Part shown: positions 33,017 to 42,162 of the stretch, piece after piece
How the letters are laid out: each line of letters starts with the position of its first letter
How positions within the stretch are numbered: position 1 is the first letter of the stretch
Source: Sphingomonadaceae bacterium
GTDB taxonomy: Bacteria > Chloroflexota > UBA6077
Length of the DNA: 64,000 nt
Reading direction: 5' to 3'
Assembly: GCA_050261575.1 (NCBI GenBank)
Contig: JBLNDL010000005.1
Location: 62,001-126,000 of the forward strand
Position numbers and translations under genes: made by a program
Notes under the pieces: model-generated
Seen by the model: only the letters and a program-made list of their open reading frames with translations
Told to the model about the DNA's origin: nothing
Databases searched by the model: none

Positions 33017-34321
33017 TTAGCACTCGGGATCGAACCTCCCAAACACCAGGCAGGCGTTCTGGCCTCCGAAGCCGAAGGAGTTCTTCAGCGCCACCCGGAT
33101 CTGCCCCCGCCGGCACCTCCCCGCCACGTAGTCCAGATCGCACGCCGGATCGGGCTCCTCCAGATTGATGGTGGGGTGGATAACCCCCTCGAACAGGGCC
33201 ATGATTGTCGCCACCGACTCCACAGCCCCGCAGGCCCCCAGCAGGTGGCCCAGCATCGACTTGGTGGAGCTGATCGGTATCCTGTGCGCTCGCTCGCCGA
33301 ATACCCGCTTGATGGCTTTGGTCTCCGTCACGTCGTTCAAGGGCGTCGACGTGCCGTGGGCGTTGATGTAATCCACATCCGCCGGATCTACCCCGGCATC
33401 CTCCAGTGCCGCCCGCATTGCGCGGGTTGCCCCGTCCCCTTCCGGCTCGGGAGCGACCAGATGGTAGCCGTCGTCGGTAACCCCGAACCCCAAGACCTCT
33501 GCGTAGATGCGGGCGCCTCGAGCCAGTGCGTGATTCAACTCCTCGATCACCAGGACGGCCGCACCTTCGCCCGGCACGAAGCCGTCGCGGCGCGCGTCGA
33601 AAGGCCGGCTGGCATGCCTCGGATCGTCGTTTCGAGTCGAGAGCGCCCGAATGGCACAGAAGCCGGCGAGGCCCAGGGCGCAGATGGAGGCGTCGGTGCC
33701 CCCCACCAGCATCACGTCGGCAGCCCCGCGGCGGATGACCTCCGTCCCCTCGCCTATCGCCTGGGTGCCCGCGGCGCACGCAGTGACCGTGGTCGAATTA
33801 TACCCCCTCGCGCCGAAAACACGGCTGAGTTGCGCGGCGGCCATGTTGGGCAAAATGGAGGGGATGAAGAAGGGGCTCACCCGGTCCGGACCCCTCTGCA
33901 TCAGGACCTGTTGCTCCTCGGCTATGCTGCCGAGGCTGCCTATGCCGGTGCCCAGGTAGACTCCCACTCGATGGTTGTTGGATTCGTCGATGGAGAAGCC
34001 GGAATCCTCCAGCGCCATCCTCGTCGCGGCCACGGCGAACTGGCTGAATCGAGCCATCCGCCTGGCCTCCTTGGCGTCCATCCAATCGCCCGGCTTGAAG
34101 TCCCGAACCTCTCCAGCCAACTGGGACGGGTAGGGGCTGGGATCGAATTGGGTGATGCGGTCGATACGGGTCTCGCCGGCCTTCAGGGCTCGCCAGAAGC
34201 GCTCGACGCCGATGCCGAGCGAACTGACGACGCCCAGGCCGGTCACCACAACCCGGCGTGCTTGCGCCCTCTTCCTCTGCTCTGGTTGCGTATCCTCTTG
34301 TATAGAAAGGTTGCTGTTCAC
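33017..34321 (-). CDS. fabF: Beta-ketoacyl-ACP synthase II
   Basis: RVVVTGLG, TACAAG, INAHGTST, KSMLGHLLGA, NSFGFGG. Confidence 0.95.
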   Translation of the reverse strand: MNSNLSIQEDTQPEQRKRAQARRVVVTGLGVVSSLGIGVERFWRALKAGETRIDRITQFDPSPYPSQLAGEVRDFKPGDWMDAKEARRMARFSQFAVAATRMALEDSGFSIDESNNHRVGVYLGTGIGSLGSIAEEQQVLMQRGPDRVSPFFIPSILPNMAAAQLSRVFGARGYNSTTVTACAAGTQAIGEGTEVIRRGAADVMLVGGTDASICALGLAGFCAIRALSTRNDDPRHASRPFDARRDGFVPGEGAAVLVIEELNHALARGARIYAEVLGFGVTDDGYHLVAPEPEGDGATRAMRAALEDAGVDPADVDYINAHGTSTPLNDVTETKAIKRVFGERAHRIPISSTKSMLGHLLGACGAVESVATIMALFEGVIHPTINLEEPDPACDLDYVAGRCRRGQIRVALKNSFGFGGQNACLVFGRFDPEC

Positions 34322-34358
34322 GGCACCCTCCCTATTGAGACAGGTCGTGGGATGGATT

Positions 34359-34428
34359 GAGCAGGTATCTCTAGATAGAGTACACGTTCCCCGCCGTAGA
34401 CGTTGACATAAACTAGAGACACCTGACT
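34359..34428 (-). repeat. 70-bp MITE-like repeat, copy 3 (inverted)
   Basis: GAGCAGGTATCTC-TAGATAGAGTACACGTTCCCCGCC...GAGACACCTGACT. Confidence 0.8.
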
Positions 34429-34454
34429 GCGCAGGACGCAGGACTCGGGACTAC

Positions 34455-35471
34455 TCAGGACGCAGCGCTCGCCCCGGCCACGCCGGCCCTGATCGCCTCG
34501 ACCAGGTTCTGGTCCACGGCCTGTTTGGCGACTCGAACGGCGTTCTTGATGGCCAGGGCGTTGGATCTTCCGTGAGCGATGATGGTGATGCCGTTTACCC
34601 CCAGGAGGGGTGCGCCGCCGTACTCGGCGTAGTCCAGCCGCTTCTTGATGCGGCGGAAGGCAGGCTTGAGGACGAGGGCGGCCAGCTTGGAGACGATGTC
34701 GGCGGTCAACTCCTTCTTCAGGATATCGAAGATCGCCGAGGCCAACCCCTCGCTCAGCTTGATCGCGACGTTGCCCGCGAAACCATCGCATACGACGACG
34801 TCGGCAGTTCCGAGGGGGATGTCCTTCCCCTCCACGTTGCCGATGAAGTTGAGGCCCGAGGCCTTCAAGAGGGGATGGCATTCCTGGACCAGCCCGTTCC
34901 CCTTGGTCTCCTCCTCGCCGTTGCTGAGAAGCCCGACCCTCGGACGGGCGACGCCGAAGACGCGTTCCATGTAGGCCGAGCCCATGACCGCGAACTGGAG
35001 GAGATACTCAGGCTTGCAGTCCGCGTTGGCGCCTGCGTCGATGATGAAGCACTTGCCTGTGGTCGTGGGGTAGACCGTCCCCAGGGCGGGCCGCTCGATC
35101 CCCTTGATCCTCCCGAGGCCGAAGAGGGCCGAAGCCATGACCGCCCCGCTGTTGCCCGCGGAGACGAAGGCGTCGGCCTGGCCTTCCCTCACCAAACTCA
35201 CTCCCACGGCTATGGAGGATTGGCGCTTCTGCCGGAGTGCCGCCGCAGCGTGCTCCTCCATGCCCACCACCTCTTCGGTGTGGACCACCGAGAGGCTGAG
35301 ACCGGCGGGGTCGTGCTTGGCCAACTCCTGCTCGACTGCGGTCTTCTGGCCAACCAGGACGACCTCGACTCCAAACTCTCGGGCGGCCGCGATGGCCCCC
35401 TCCACGACCACGCCGGGAGCGTGGTCGCCGCCCATGGCATCCAGGGCAACTCTCGTCAGAGCCTTGGACAA
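34455..35471 (-). CDS. plsX: Phosphate acyltransferase PlsX
   Basis: VALDAMGGDHAP, SAGNSGA, DAGANAD, GEEETKG, DGFAGN. Confidence 0.96.
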   Translation of the reverse strand: MSKALTRVALDAMGGDHAPGVVVEGAIAAAREFGVEVVLVGQKTAVEQELAKHDPAGLSLSVVHTEEVVGMEEHAAAALRQKRQSSIAVGVSLVREGQADAFVSAGNSGAVMASALFGLGRIKGIERPALGTVYPTTTGKCFIIDAGANADCKPEYLLQFAVMGSAYMERVFGVARPRVGLLSNGEEETKGNGLVQECHPLLKASGLNFIGNVEGKDIPLGTADVVVCDGFAGNVAIKLSEGLASAIFDILKKELTADIVSKLAALVLKPAFRRIKKRLDYAEYGGAPLLGVNGITIIAHGRSNALAIKNAVRVAKQAVDQNLVEAIRAGVAGASAAS

Positions 35472-35534
35472 CTCCGTCCTCCGAACTGCGCGGTGCCGGT
35501 AGTATAACCGGGAGCGGGCATCCGGGCCAATAGC

Positions 35535-35568
35535 GAGGGGGATGCCCGCCGCGCGGGCATCCCCCTCT
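35535..35568 (-). terminator. Stem-loop downstream of the FmdB-like gene
   Basis: GAGGGGGATGCCCGC-CGC-GCGGGCATCCCCCTC perfect inverted repeat. Confidence 0.55.
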
Positions 35569-35611
35569 TCTGCACCCTGCCGTTGAAGCCTACGGCTTCA
35601 CTCTAGATCCC

Positions 35612-35824
35612 TCAACCACCGGCAGGGCCGCAACTGGAGCCGCTGTAGGACCCGCCGAAGGAGCCTCCGTTGGAGCCGCCCGAGAAGCCGAACACAGAGA
35701 CCTTTCGCTCGACCTTGTCGGAGTTGCACTTGGGGCATCGGATCTGCGCCGAGGCCGAGCTGGAGCGCAAGAGCTTCTCGAAGGCCTCTCCGCATTGGAG
35801 GCAGCCGTACTCGTAGATGGGCAC
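35612..35824 (-). CDS. FmdB-family zinc-ribbon protein
   Basis: AGGAGG SD + GTG; PIYEYGCLQCG...CPKC; Gly/Ser-rich tail. Confidence 0.88.
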   Translation of the reverse strand: MPIYEYGCLQCGEAFEKLLRSSSASAQIRCPKCNSDKVERKVSVFGFSGGSNGGSFGGSYSGSSCGPAGG

Positions 35825-35862
35825 CTGGCACCCTCCTGGACGCAACGTACTGTAGCGCCCCG

Positions 35863-35891
35863 ATCATACCCATAGGGGGTATATTTGTCAA
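35863..35891 (-). promoter_or_regulatory. Sigma-70 promoter with overlapping CsoR-like operator
   Basis: TTGACA-N17-TATGAT; pseudo-palindrome ATACCCATAGGGGGTAT at 35866-35882. Confidence 0.75.
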
Positions 35892-35906
35892 GGGGGCGAG
35901 GGCACG

Positions 35907-36120
35907 ACAAAGGCGAGGGCCCAAGTCTTGAATGCCCTCGCCTTGCGCGGACCCAAGCTTCCAGTTTATGCGGGAGCCGGGCTCAAACCAGGTAGCCCCC
36001 TGGAGGGAATAGGGCGTTAGGTGCTACCCAACCGCACTCGGTTTTACCTCGCCACTCCGTTATTCACGGGATCCCATTCGGCGTCTCACGACGCCCAGCC
36101 TCGCAACCTAACCTCTATCG
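35907..36120 (-). ncRNA. Putative stand-alone structured ncRNA of about 210 nt (6S-like or unassigned)
   Basis: Consensus promoter upstream, terminal hairpin 35910-35944, several helices whose G-U pairs and GNRA loop favour the minus strand, no credible ORF. Confidence 0.65.
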
Positions 36121-36126
36121 CCGGAC

Positions 36127-36155
36127 AGTATACATCCGAGAGGTAATTATGTCAA
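36127..36155 (-). promoter_or_regulatory. Sigma-70 promoter driving the putative ncRNA
   Basis: TTGACA-N17-TATACT. Confidence 0.8.
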
Positions 36156-36209
36156 TAGTTGATCTGCCGACTTTTTGCCGGTTTTCTAACCCGGTCCCGA
36201 CGCAACCCC

Positions 36210-38276
36210 TCACCAGTCGATCGGCAGATCCGTCTCCATCAGCGCCTGCTCCCCCAGCTTCTCCAACTGCACCCGATAGTTGCGCTTGGGGGTCTGCGTG
36301 CCGGGCAGGAAGCTCTCCACGTCCATCTCCGGGTAGTACACGAGCACCGCGGCCTGGAAGCGCTGGGTCCATCGGCCGTTTCGCAGCTTCGGCTCCTCCA
36401 TGGGGAAGCCGAAGCTGTTCGCCCCGCCGTGGCTGTCGAAGAACTCCTTGAAGTGGGTCGGGGTGCCGTCGGGGGCGAAGTTCGCCACGTAGTGGCCGAG
36501 GCCCCGGCCAGGCTCGTTCGGGAAGTAGGTCGCGTCTCCCTTGGGGCGGTGCGCTGGGTCCGCGGGATCCACCGGCGGCTCGTAGAAGCCGGGGTAGAGA
36601 AGGTTCACCAGCAGCCGTCGCAGGATACGGTATTGCGGCGGGTTCTCGGGATGCCACTCCAGGACCCCTCGCTCGAAGTACTGCACCGTCTGCGACCCTC
36701 CGGCCGGGTCCGGCCGTACCCTTCCGATTGGGTGCCCCAGCACGTCCTCTCCGCCCATCGCCCGGTAATAGTCGAGCCACTCACCGGAGACCGTGTAGCC
36801 GGTGACCGGCGATGTCCAGCTCCTGCCGCGATCCGTCCCCGGTGCCGACCAGTCGGTCCAGGCGACAGGGGTGCCGGAGGACTGGCCCTTCTCCTCGACC
36901 AGCAGCAGCGGACTTCCGCCGATGTGGTACTGCTGGGGAGCCCCGGGGACGGTGTTGGCCGTGGCGGCCGCGAGGTCCACGAAGTACTTTCCATCCTTGG
37001 GGAATAGCTGCCGGGTGTGGCCGAACTTGTCCACCAGGATGGCGGCGGGCGCGCGGGCCGTCAACGCCACCTGGGTCTGGGTCGGCGAGTTGTTCCAGAG
37101 CACGGTCACCCAATCGCTCTGCCGCTCCAACCTCACCGCTGTCGCCTTGTCCTGCCGGTACTGCCGCGCTGCCTTGGTTCCCGACATGTAGCGGGTGATC
37201 ACCTGAAAGGCCTGGTAGCTCGCCCTGGGAGAGGCCCCCTCGTCCGAGCGTACGAGGCCGTAGGGGTCGGCCCCTGGCCGCCTCGTGTCGTCCTGCATCT
37301 TGTAGACGGACACCCGCTCCACCCCTGCGGCCAGGGCAGAGGCGAATGCCTGGATCAGGTAGGATGCCTGCTCGTCCATGGAGGCTCGGAAGGAATCGCG
37401 GGTCCGCTGAACCCCGGCGTCGTCCCACGGAACCACGTTGGTCTCGTTGATCCAGATCGGCTTCTGCAGGCCGTGCTCCTGCATCAGCTTCCGGAAGAGG
37501 CGTGGCACGTCGTACAGATCCCTGGGGTTGCCGTACAGGTGCAGCGACGCCACGTCGAAGTAGTAGCCGTTGGCTCGGGCCGTCGGGTCGTGGCTGGCCA
37601 CGTTCAGGAAGCGGCGGAAGTACTGCTCGCGGCCGAATGCCTCGTCCCACCAGTAGGTGAGCCCGGCCAGGATGACGCGGCCGCTGGGGTTGGCCGACTT
37701 GATAGCCTGGTGGGCCACCTTGACCAGCAGGTAGTACTGCTCCACGGAGCCGTTCCACTGCTGCATGCCGGTGTTGTTGTTCCAGATGTCGGGCTCGTTC
37801 CAGATGATCCAGTCATCGATACGGCCGGCGTACTGCGCAGCCAGGCGGCGTATGAACTGCCCCCAGTAGTTGTCGGGGTGGTCGAAGGGAAGATCCAGGT
37901 TGCGCGGTGCGGCGTTGGGGTCGGTCCCGGCGAGCCAGGGGGGGGTTCCCAGCACCACTCCCACGACTTTACGCCCCTCTGCGAGTTCGCGGGCCAACTG
38001 GTCGTCGGAGAACCATCGGTTGTACTGCCAGTCGGTGGGACCCTTGGGCTGGAAATGGTCCCAGCGGTAGATCACCCTTTCCCACGTGACCCCGGCCTGT
38101 CCGGCGCGGAAGGGTGACTCGTATGCCTCGACGGCGCCGAAGCGCACCTCCGGCGAGCCCGCGGGAGCCATCTGGCCGGCGGGCTCGCTTGCCACGGCGG
38201 CGGAGGGGATCAGGGCCATCAGGAGGAAAAGTGCCGAGACGATAGAGGTGATCGAAGTCGTGGCGATGCTGCGCAA
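36210..38276 (-). CDS. Secreted clan GH-A glycoside hydrolase-like protein with Chloroflexi-type C-terminal repeats
   Basis: Signal peptide; WIIWNEPD (acid/base) and IWINETN (nucleophile); C-terminal TGYTVSG..GG..LGHPI..VQYFERGVLEWHPE repeats. Confidence 0.75.
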   Translation of the reverse strand: MRSIATTSITSIVSALFLLMALIPSAAVASEPAGQMAPAGSPEVRFGAVEAYESPFRAGQAGVTWERVIYRWDHFQPKGPTDWQYNRWFSDDQLARELAEGRKVVGVVLGTPPWLAGTDPNAAPRNLDLPFDHPDNYWGQFIRRLAAQYAGRIDDWIIWNEPDIWNNNTGMQQWNGSVEQYYLLVKVAHQAIKSANPSGRVILAGLTYWWDEAFGREQYFRRFLNVASHDPTARANGYYFDVASLHLYGNPRDLYDVPRLFRKLMQEHGLQKPIWINETNVVPWDDAGVQRTRDSFRASMDEQASYLIQAFASALAAGVERVSVYKMQDDTRRPGADPYGLVRSDEGASPRASYQAFQVITRYMSGTKAARQYRQDKATAVRLERQSDWVTVLWNNSPTQTQVALTARAPAAILVDKFGHTRQLFPKDGKYFVDLAAATANTVPGAPQQYHIGGSPLLLVEEKGQSSGTPVAWTDWSAPGTDRGRSWTSPVTGYTVSGEWLDYYRAMGGEDVLGHPIGRVRPDPAGGSQTVQYFERGVLEWHPENPPQYRILRRLLVNLLYPGFYEPPVDPADPAHRPKGDATYFPNEPGRGLGHYVANFAPDGTPTHFKEFFDSHGGANSFGFPMEEPKLRNGRWTQRFQAAVLVYYPEMDVESFLPGTQTPKRNYRVQLEKLGEQALMETDLPIDW

Positions 38277-38365
38277 GGTCGCTTACCTCGGGGAGTGAAA
38301 GTGCGTCTAATCGGTTGGCGCTTACGGCGAAGGGGCGAGCCAGCGGCTCGCCCGCGACTATCGTT

Positions 38366-39403
38366 CTATCCCACCAGTGGATCGGGCACTGGGACACCCA
38401 GCTTCTCCGCGATCTCCTTCAGCTTGAGGTAGGTGTCTTCGGGTAGCGCGACCCCCTGCTCCTGTCGCTGCTGGCGAGTGCGGCGCTCCGGCTCGCCCGG
38501 CAGCAACACCTCGGTGAAGCCGGGTGCCGGTTTCACGTCCTTGATCTGTTTGAGCCGCTGGCCCACGGCCGCCTCGAACTGCTCCAGCGGCCGGAATGCC
38601 TCGATGTTGACCACCATGAGGAAGTTGCCGAAGGAGAGGTTCTTCGTGAGGAGATCCTCGCCGCCGCCCATGTGGCGTCCCAGGAGATCGGCTATCACGG
38701 AGAGGACGTAACCCTTGTGGCCTGCCATCGGTAGGAGAACGCCGCCAGCGTAGAAGTCCTCGGCGTCGGTGGTGGGATTGCCATCTTTGTCCAGGATGGT
38801 GTCCGGTGGCACCGGCTGGTGCTTGGCGCGGGCCACCCGCAGCTTCCCCTCGGCGGTCACGGAGGTGGCGATGTCGGCCACGACGGGCTGGCCCTCCAAT
38901 CCAGGCAGTGCGAAGGAGATCGGGTTGGTGCCCAGGACCCGGCCAGCGCCTCCGTAGGGAGTAACAGGGCCGCCGTTGAAGGCGGCGCCAACCATGAAGG
39001 CGACCATCCCCTCCCTCGCGGCCATCTCCGTGTACTCCCCCAGCCGGCCGACGTGGTTGCAGCGGATGACGCTGACGGCCGCCACGTTGGCCGAACGGGC
39101 CTTCTCGATGGCGACGGTGGTGGCGTGGTGGGCGGTCACCTGGCCGAAAGCCCAGTTGCCGTCCACGACTGCCGTGGTTGCCGCCTCCCTCAGGACGGTC
39201 GGCCGGGCGGCGGGGAGGCAGGTGCCGTCGTCGATAGCCTCCAGGTAGCTGGGGATGCGCAGTACCCCGTGGGAGTCGTGGCCCATCAGGTTGCTGGCCA
39301 CCAGGGATCGCGAAACGTGCTCGGCGATGTCAACCGGCGCGCCGACGGCGACGAAGATACCCGTGGAGAGCGCCTCGAGTTGGGATGCGGAGAAGACTAA
39401 CAT
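38366..39403 (-). CDS. Ldh_2 family (malate/L-lactate/sulfolactate) oxidoreductase
   Basis: GHDSHG, VDGNWAFGQ, NHVGRLG, GTNPI, GHKGY, LPGEPE. Confidence 0.92.
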   Translation of the reverse strand: MLVFSASQLEALSTGIFVAVGAPVDIAEHVSRSLVASNLMGHDSHGVLRIPSYLEAIDDGTCLPAARPTVLREAATTAVVDGNWAFGQVTAHHATTVAIEKARSANVAAVSVIRCNHVGRLGEYTEMAAREGMVAFMVGAAFNGGPVTPYGGAGRVLGTNPISFALPGLEGQPVVADIATSVTAEGKLRVARAKHQPVPPDTILDKDGNPTTDAEDFYAGGVLLPMAGHKGYVLSVIADLLGRHMGGGEDLLTKNLSFGNFLMVVNIEAFRPLEQFEAAVGQRLKQIKDVKPAPGFTEVLLPGEPERRTRQQRQEQGVALPEDTYLKLKEIAEKLGVPVPDPLVG

Positions 39404-39656
39404 AGGTTGTCCTCCGAAGAGATGTGCCTGCGATGAAGATGGTAGCTAGGATAATCCGCTGGGCGTCGTGCGCGCAACCGGTAGGCCTATTCCGCCCTGA
39501 CAGTTTGGTAGCCGTACGTTAGTCTGGGAATCCGCCGATCATCTACATAGGGATAACCAATAGATAATGAGTTCTTGACAAAGCATGGTATGATCTTGTT
39601 GAGCCGCAAGGCGACAATAAACGCGAGTAAGCCCTGCTTCCTGGAAAGACAGGCCG

Positions 39657-40103
39657 ATGTCTCAAGCAGAGGAGAAAGCGGAACAGAGAGACTTCATCGT
39701 CGATGAAGTCCCGCTTGCTCAATCGGCTGCTGGGCCGGTGGCACCTCCACCGGCCTTTCCTGCTGATGACGCTCCCTCACCCAGGGATTCCGCGAGAAGG
39801 GCAGAGGCGCAGGGGACTCAACTGCCCCTGCCTCTCGATGTGGACCCGGAGCCCGCGGCGGAGCCTGCGCCCGTTGCGGAGAAGCGTCGGTCTAGGAGGT
39901 CCAAGGGCTTCGTTCCAGTGACGAGGGATCCGGACGTCGCCCGCTCTTACTCCGACAACGTCGCCTTGGACTACGCCATCGCCCGCGGCCTAGCCCAGGC
40001 TCTTGGAAGCCTGCCCCCCGAGGAGTTGGCCGCCCTGCGGGCCAAGGTTGCCAAGGCCAACCTTCAGAATAGCAGGGCCTCCTCCCCTCGCCACCCCCGC
40101 TGA
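39657..40103 (+). CDS. Hypothetical Pro/Ala-rich protein
   Basis: 148-aa ORF downstream of an AT-rich promoter-like region; no recognised motif. Confidence 0.5.
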   Translation: MSQAEEKAEQRDFIVDEVPLAQSAAGPVAPPPAFPADDAPSPRDSARRAEAQGTQLPLPLDVDPEPAAEPAPVAEKRRSRRSKGFVPVTRDPDVARSYSDNVALDYAIARGLAQALGSLPPEELAALRAKVAKANLQNSRASSPRHPR

Positions 40104-40196
40104 CCTGATCCAGTGTGGCACGCCCCCAGAACCACGTGGACACCGAGACACGGAGTGGACTTTACATATCCCAGTGTCTTTGTCGTGAGTCCCGCT

Positions 40197-40266
40197 AAGC
40201 AAGTATCTCCAGTTCATGACAGCTTCTCTGGCGGGAGACGTGTACTCTATCTGGAGATAGCTGTTA
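40197..40266 (+). repeat. 70-bp MITE-like repeat, copy 4
   Basis: AAGCAAGTATCTC-CAGTTCATGACAGCTTCTCTGGCGGGAGACGTGTACTCTATCTG-GAGATAGCTGTTA. Confidence 0.8.
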
Positions 40267-40791
40267 GCTAGCGGAGGCCTCGGAGGAGACTGCGGGCTCC
40301 AGGAGGGCAAAGGCCCTTTGGAGGTGCTCCGCGAGGGGGCGGCCGGTGACCGCCTGGAAGACTCGGTCCACCCCGCGGGCGAAACCCGCGCCCATGTGGC
40401 AGTAGGCATCCAGCAGGCTGGGGAGGGCGTAGGCCTCGGGGGATGCAGGATCGTGGTGCCGGTAGCGGCCCTGCAGCAGGTGGGTGAGATCCCTCCGAGG
40501 TCGGCCGGTCAGCCGTTGCCGGTACTCGGGGGCGATCCCGCACAGGAGGAGCACGGCGCGCGCCATTCCCAGGGCTTCCGCTGGATCGGGGACGCAGCCA
40601 AAACGGAATGCCGCTCGGACAGCGCCTTCTCTGGCCGGGCCGCAGCCCGTGGCCCATATCAGCAGATCGGCCACCTGGCCGGGAATCTCCGGCTTGGAGC
40701 GGAGGTAGCAGGCGGTTAGCGCCTCCAACCGCTCCAGTGGGGTGGCGCCAGGACGGCAGTACACTCTCAAGGCGCGCTCCACGAGCCGCAA
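40264..40791 (-). CDS. Hypothetical protein
   Basis: 175-aa ORF with plausible helical composition; start uncertain. Confidence 0.4.
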   Translation of the reverse strand: MRLVERALRVYCRPGATPLERLEALTACYLRSKPEIPGQVADLLIWATGCGPAREGAVRAAFRFGCVPDPAEALGMARAVLLLCGIAPEYRQRLTGRPRRDLTHLLQGRYRHHDPASPEAYALPSLLDAYCHMGAGFARGVDRVFQAVTGRPLAEHLQRAFALLEPAVSSEASAS

Positions 40792-41002
40792 ATGGGGTAG
40801 ACAGCGGAGACGGCCATCAGTCTACCAAATCCCAATGACTCCAACAATCCACTTTCGAGAAGAAGCGCCCGATTCTCCTGCCGTTGTCTCTGGCTTCGAG
40901 GTGCAAGATGGGGCCGGTGCGCCCATCTTGCGACGCCCACCGGCTAGGGCTATGATTCAGCCGCGATCGTCTGGACGCGATACCCTTTTGCCAGGTGGTT
41001 CC

Positions 41003-41701
41003 ATGCCCCTAGATCCTGAGACTATACGCCAGGTTGCGGAGCGGACCCGTGTCCTCCGCTCCCCCCGCCAGTCGCTGGCGACCTTCGGCACCACGGCCAT
41101 CGACTACTACGTGGTCACGGAGCCAGTGTACGGGGAGTTGCTGGGGGAGACCCGTGAGACGGTGGTGCGCCGTGGGCGGGTGACCGCCGAGCGGCCTCAG
41201 ATCGTCACCCCCTTCTACCTTCTAAACCTGTTCCACGGCTTCGAGCACGGTGAGGAGTTCGCCCAGCATCTGCTCGAGAGCTACGGGCCCAATTCCCCGG
41301 GCCTCATGTACTCCTACCGGAACGACCTGGAGGACACCAGCATCGTTTCCGATCCCCTTGCCACCGTGGCGCAGCGGTTGGCCGACGACCTGGAGCAGCA
41401 GGGCAACGGTCTCGCAGCCGTCATCTCAGGCGTCGATCACCTGTGGGACATCTCCCTGATGAGGTTCATCTTCGAGCTGACCGTCTCCTCACTCGGGCGG
41501 AACGTGTCGGATCTGGCCCGCAGCGGCCTCCTCGGCATGGATGGAGGGCTGCCCAGGGCGGCGCGGGCAAGGATCGAGGAGCTGTTCAGAGAGGTGGCCG
41601 GCGGCCGGGTCAATCCCAACGTGTTGAAGGCGGAGCTGGACCGCTGGGGTGTCTTCCGCGAGTACGAGGATCGCTTCCTCGATTTGTTCCGCCGCCGCTA
41701 G
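41003..41701 (+). CDS. Conserved-looking hypothetical protein
   Basis: AGGTGG SD; strong GC3 bias; PRQSLATFGTTAIDYYVVTEP...ELDRWGVFREYEDRFLDLF. Confidence 0.75.
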   Translation: MPLDPETIRQVAERTRVLRSPRQSLATFGTTAIDYYVVTEPVYGELLGETRETVVRRGRVTAERPQIVTPFYLLNLFHGFEHGEEFAQHLLESYGPNSPGLMYSYRNDLEDTSIVSDPLATVAQRLADDLEQQGNGLAAVISGVDHLWDISLMRFIFELTVSSLGRNVSDLARSGLLGMDGGLPRAARARIEELFREVAGGRVNPNVLKAELDRWGVFREYEDRFLDLFRRR

Positions 41702-41814
41702 GTGCATCGTTCCTCGCCCGCGCCGCATTCATACGTGTATCAAAGCGCCTCGTGCCTCGCCGCGGCGATCGGAGCTCGAGTGGGCGGAGGGCGACGAGGC
41801 TGTTCGGTGAGAAG

Positions 41815-41887
41815 TAGGTCCGGCAGGACTCGAACCTGCAACCCTGTGCTTAAAAGGCACCAGCTCTACCAGTTGAGCTACGGACCC
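41815..41887 (-). tRNA. tRNA-Lys (UUU), CCA not encoded
   Basis: GGGTCCG-TA-GCTC/AACTGGTA/GAGC-T-GGTGC CT[TTT]AA GCACA-GGGTT-GCAGG TTCGAGT CCTGC-CGGACCT-A. Confidence 0.88.
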
Positions 41888-41909
41888 GCGGCCGCGGATT
41901 CGGAATCGG

Positions 41910-41980
41910 CAGGTCGTGCAGGATTCGAACCCGCAGTCACCGCTTTGGAGGCGGTTGGTTTACCGTTAACCGAACGACCT
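41910..41980 (-). tRNA. tRNA-Trp (CCA anticodon), CCA end not fully encoded
   Basis: AGGTCGT-TC-GGTT/AACGGTA/AACC-A-ACCGC CT[CCA]AA GCGGT-GACT-GCGGG TTCGAAT CCTGC-ACGACCT-G. Confidence 0.88.
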
Positions 41981-42162
41981 AGATAGCGCCGGCGGTTCAC
42001 CGCCGGCGCTCGTAACAGAATCCTACCACACGATAGTATATATGGCCAGATGACCTGGACTCGCCGTCACTCGCGTGCTATCCTGGCCTGCTCCGTGCAG
42101 CCCCTTCCCTCCAGGAGATGGCTCACCCCCATCCTGAGATCGCCTCCGACGTCCTGGCCTAA

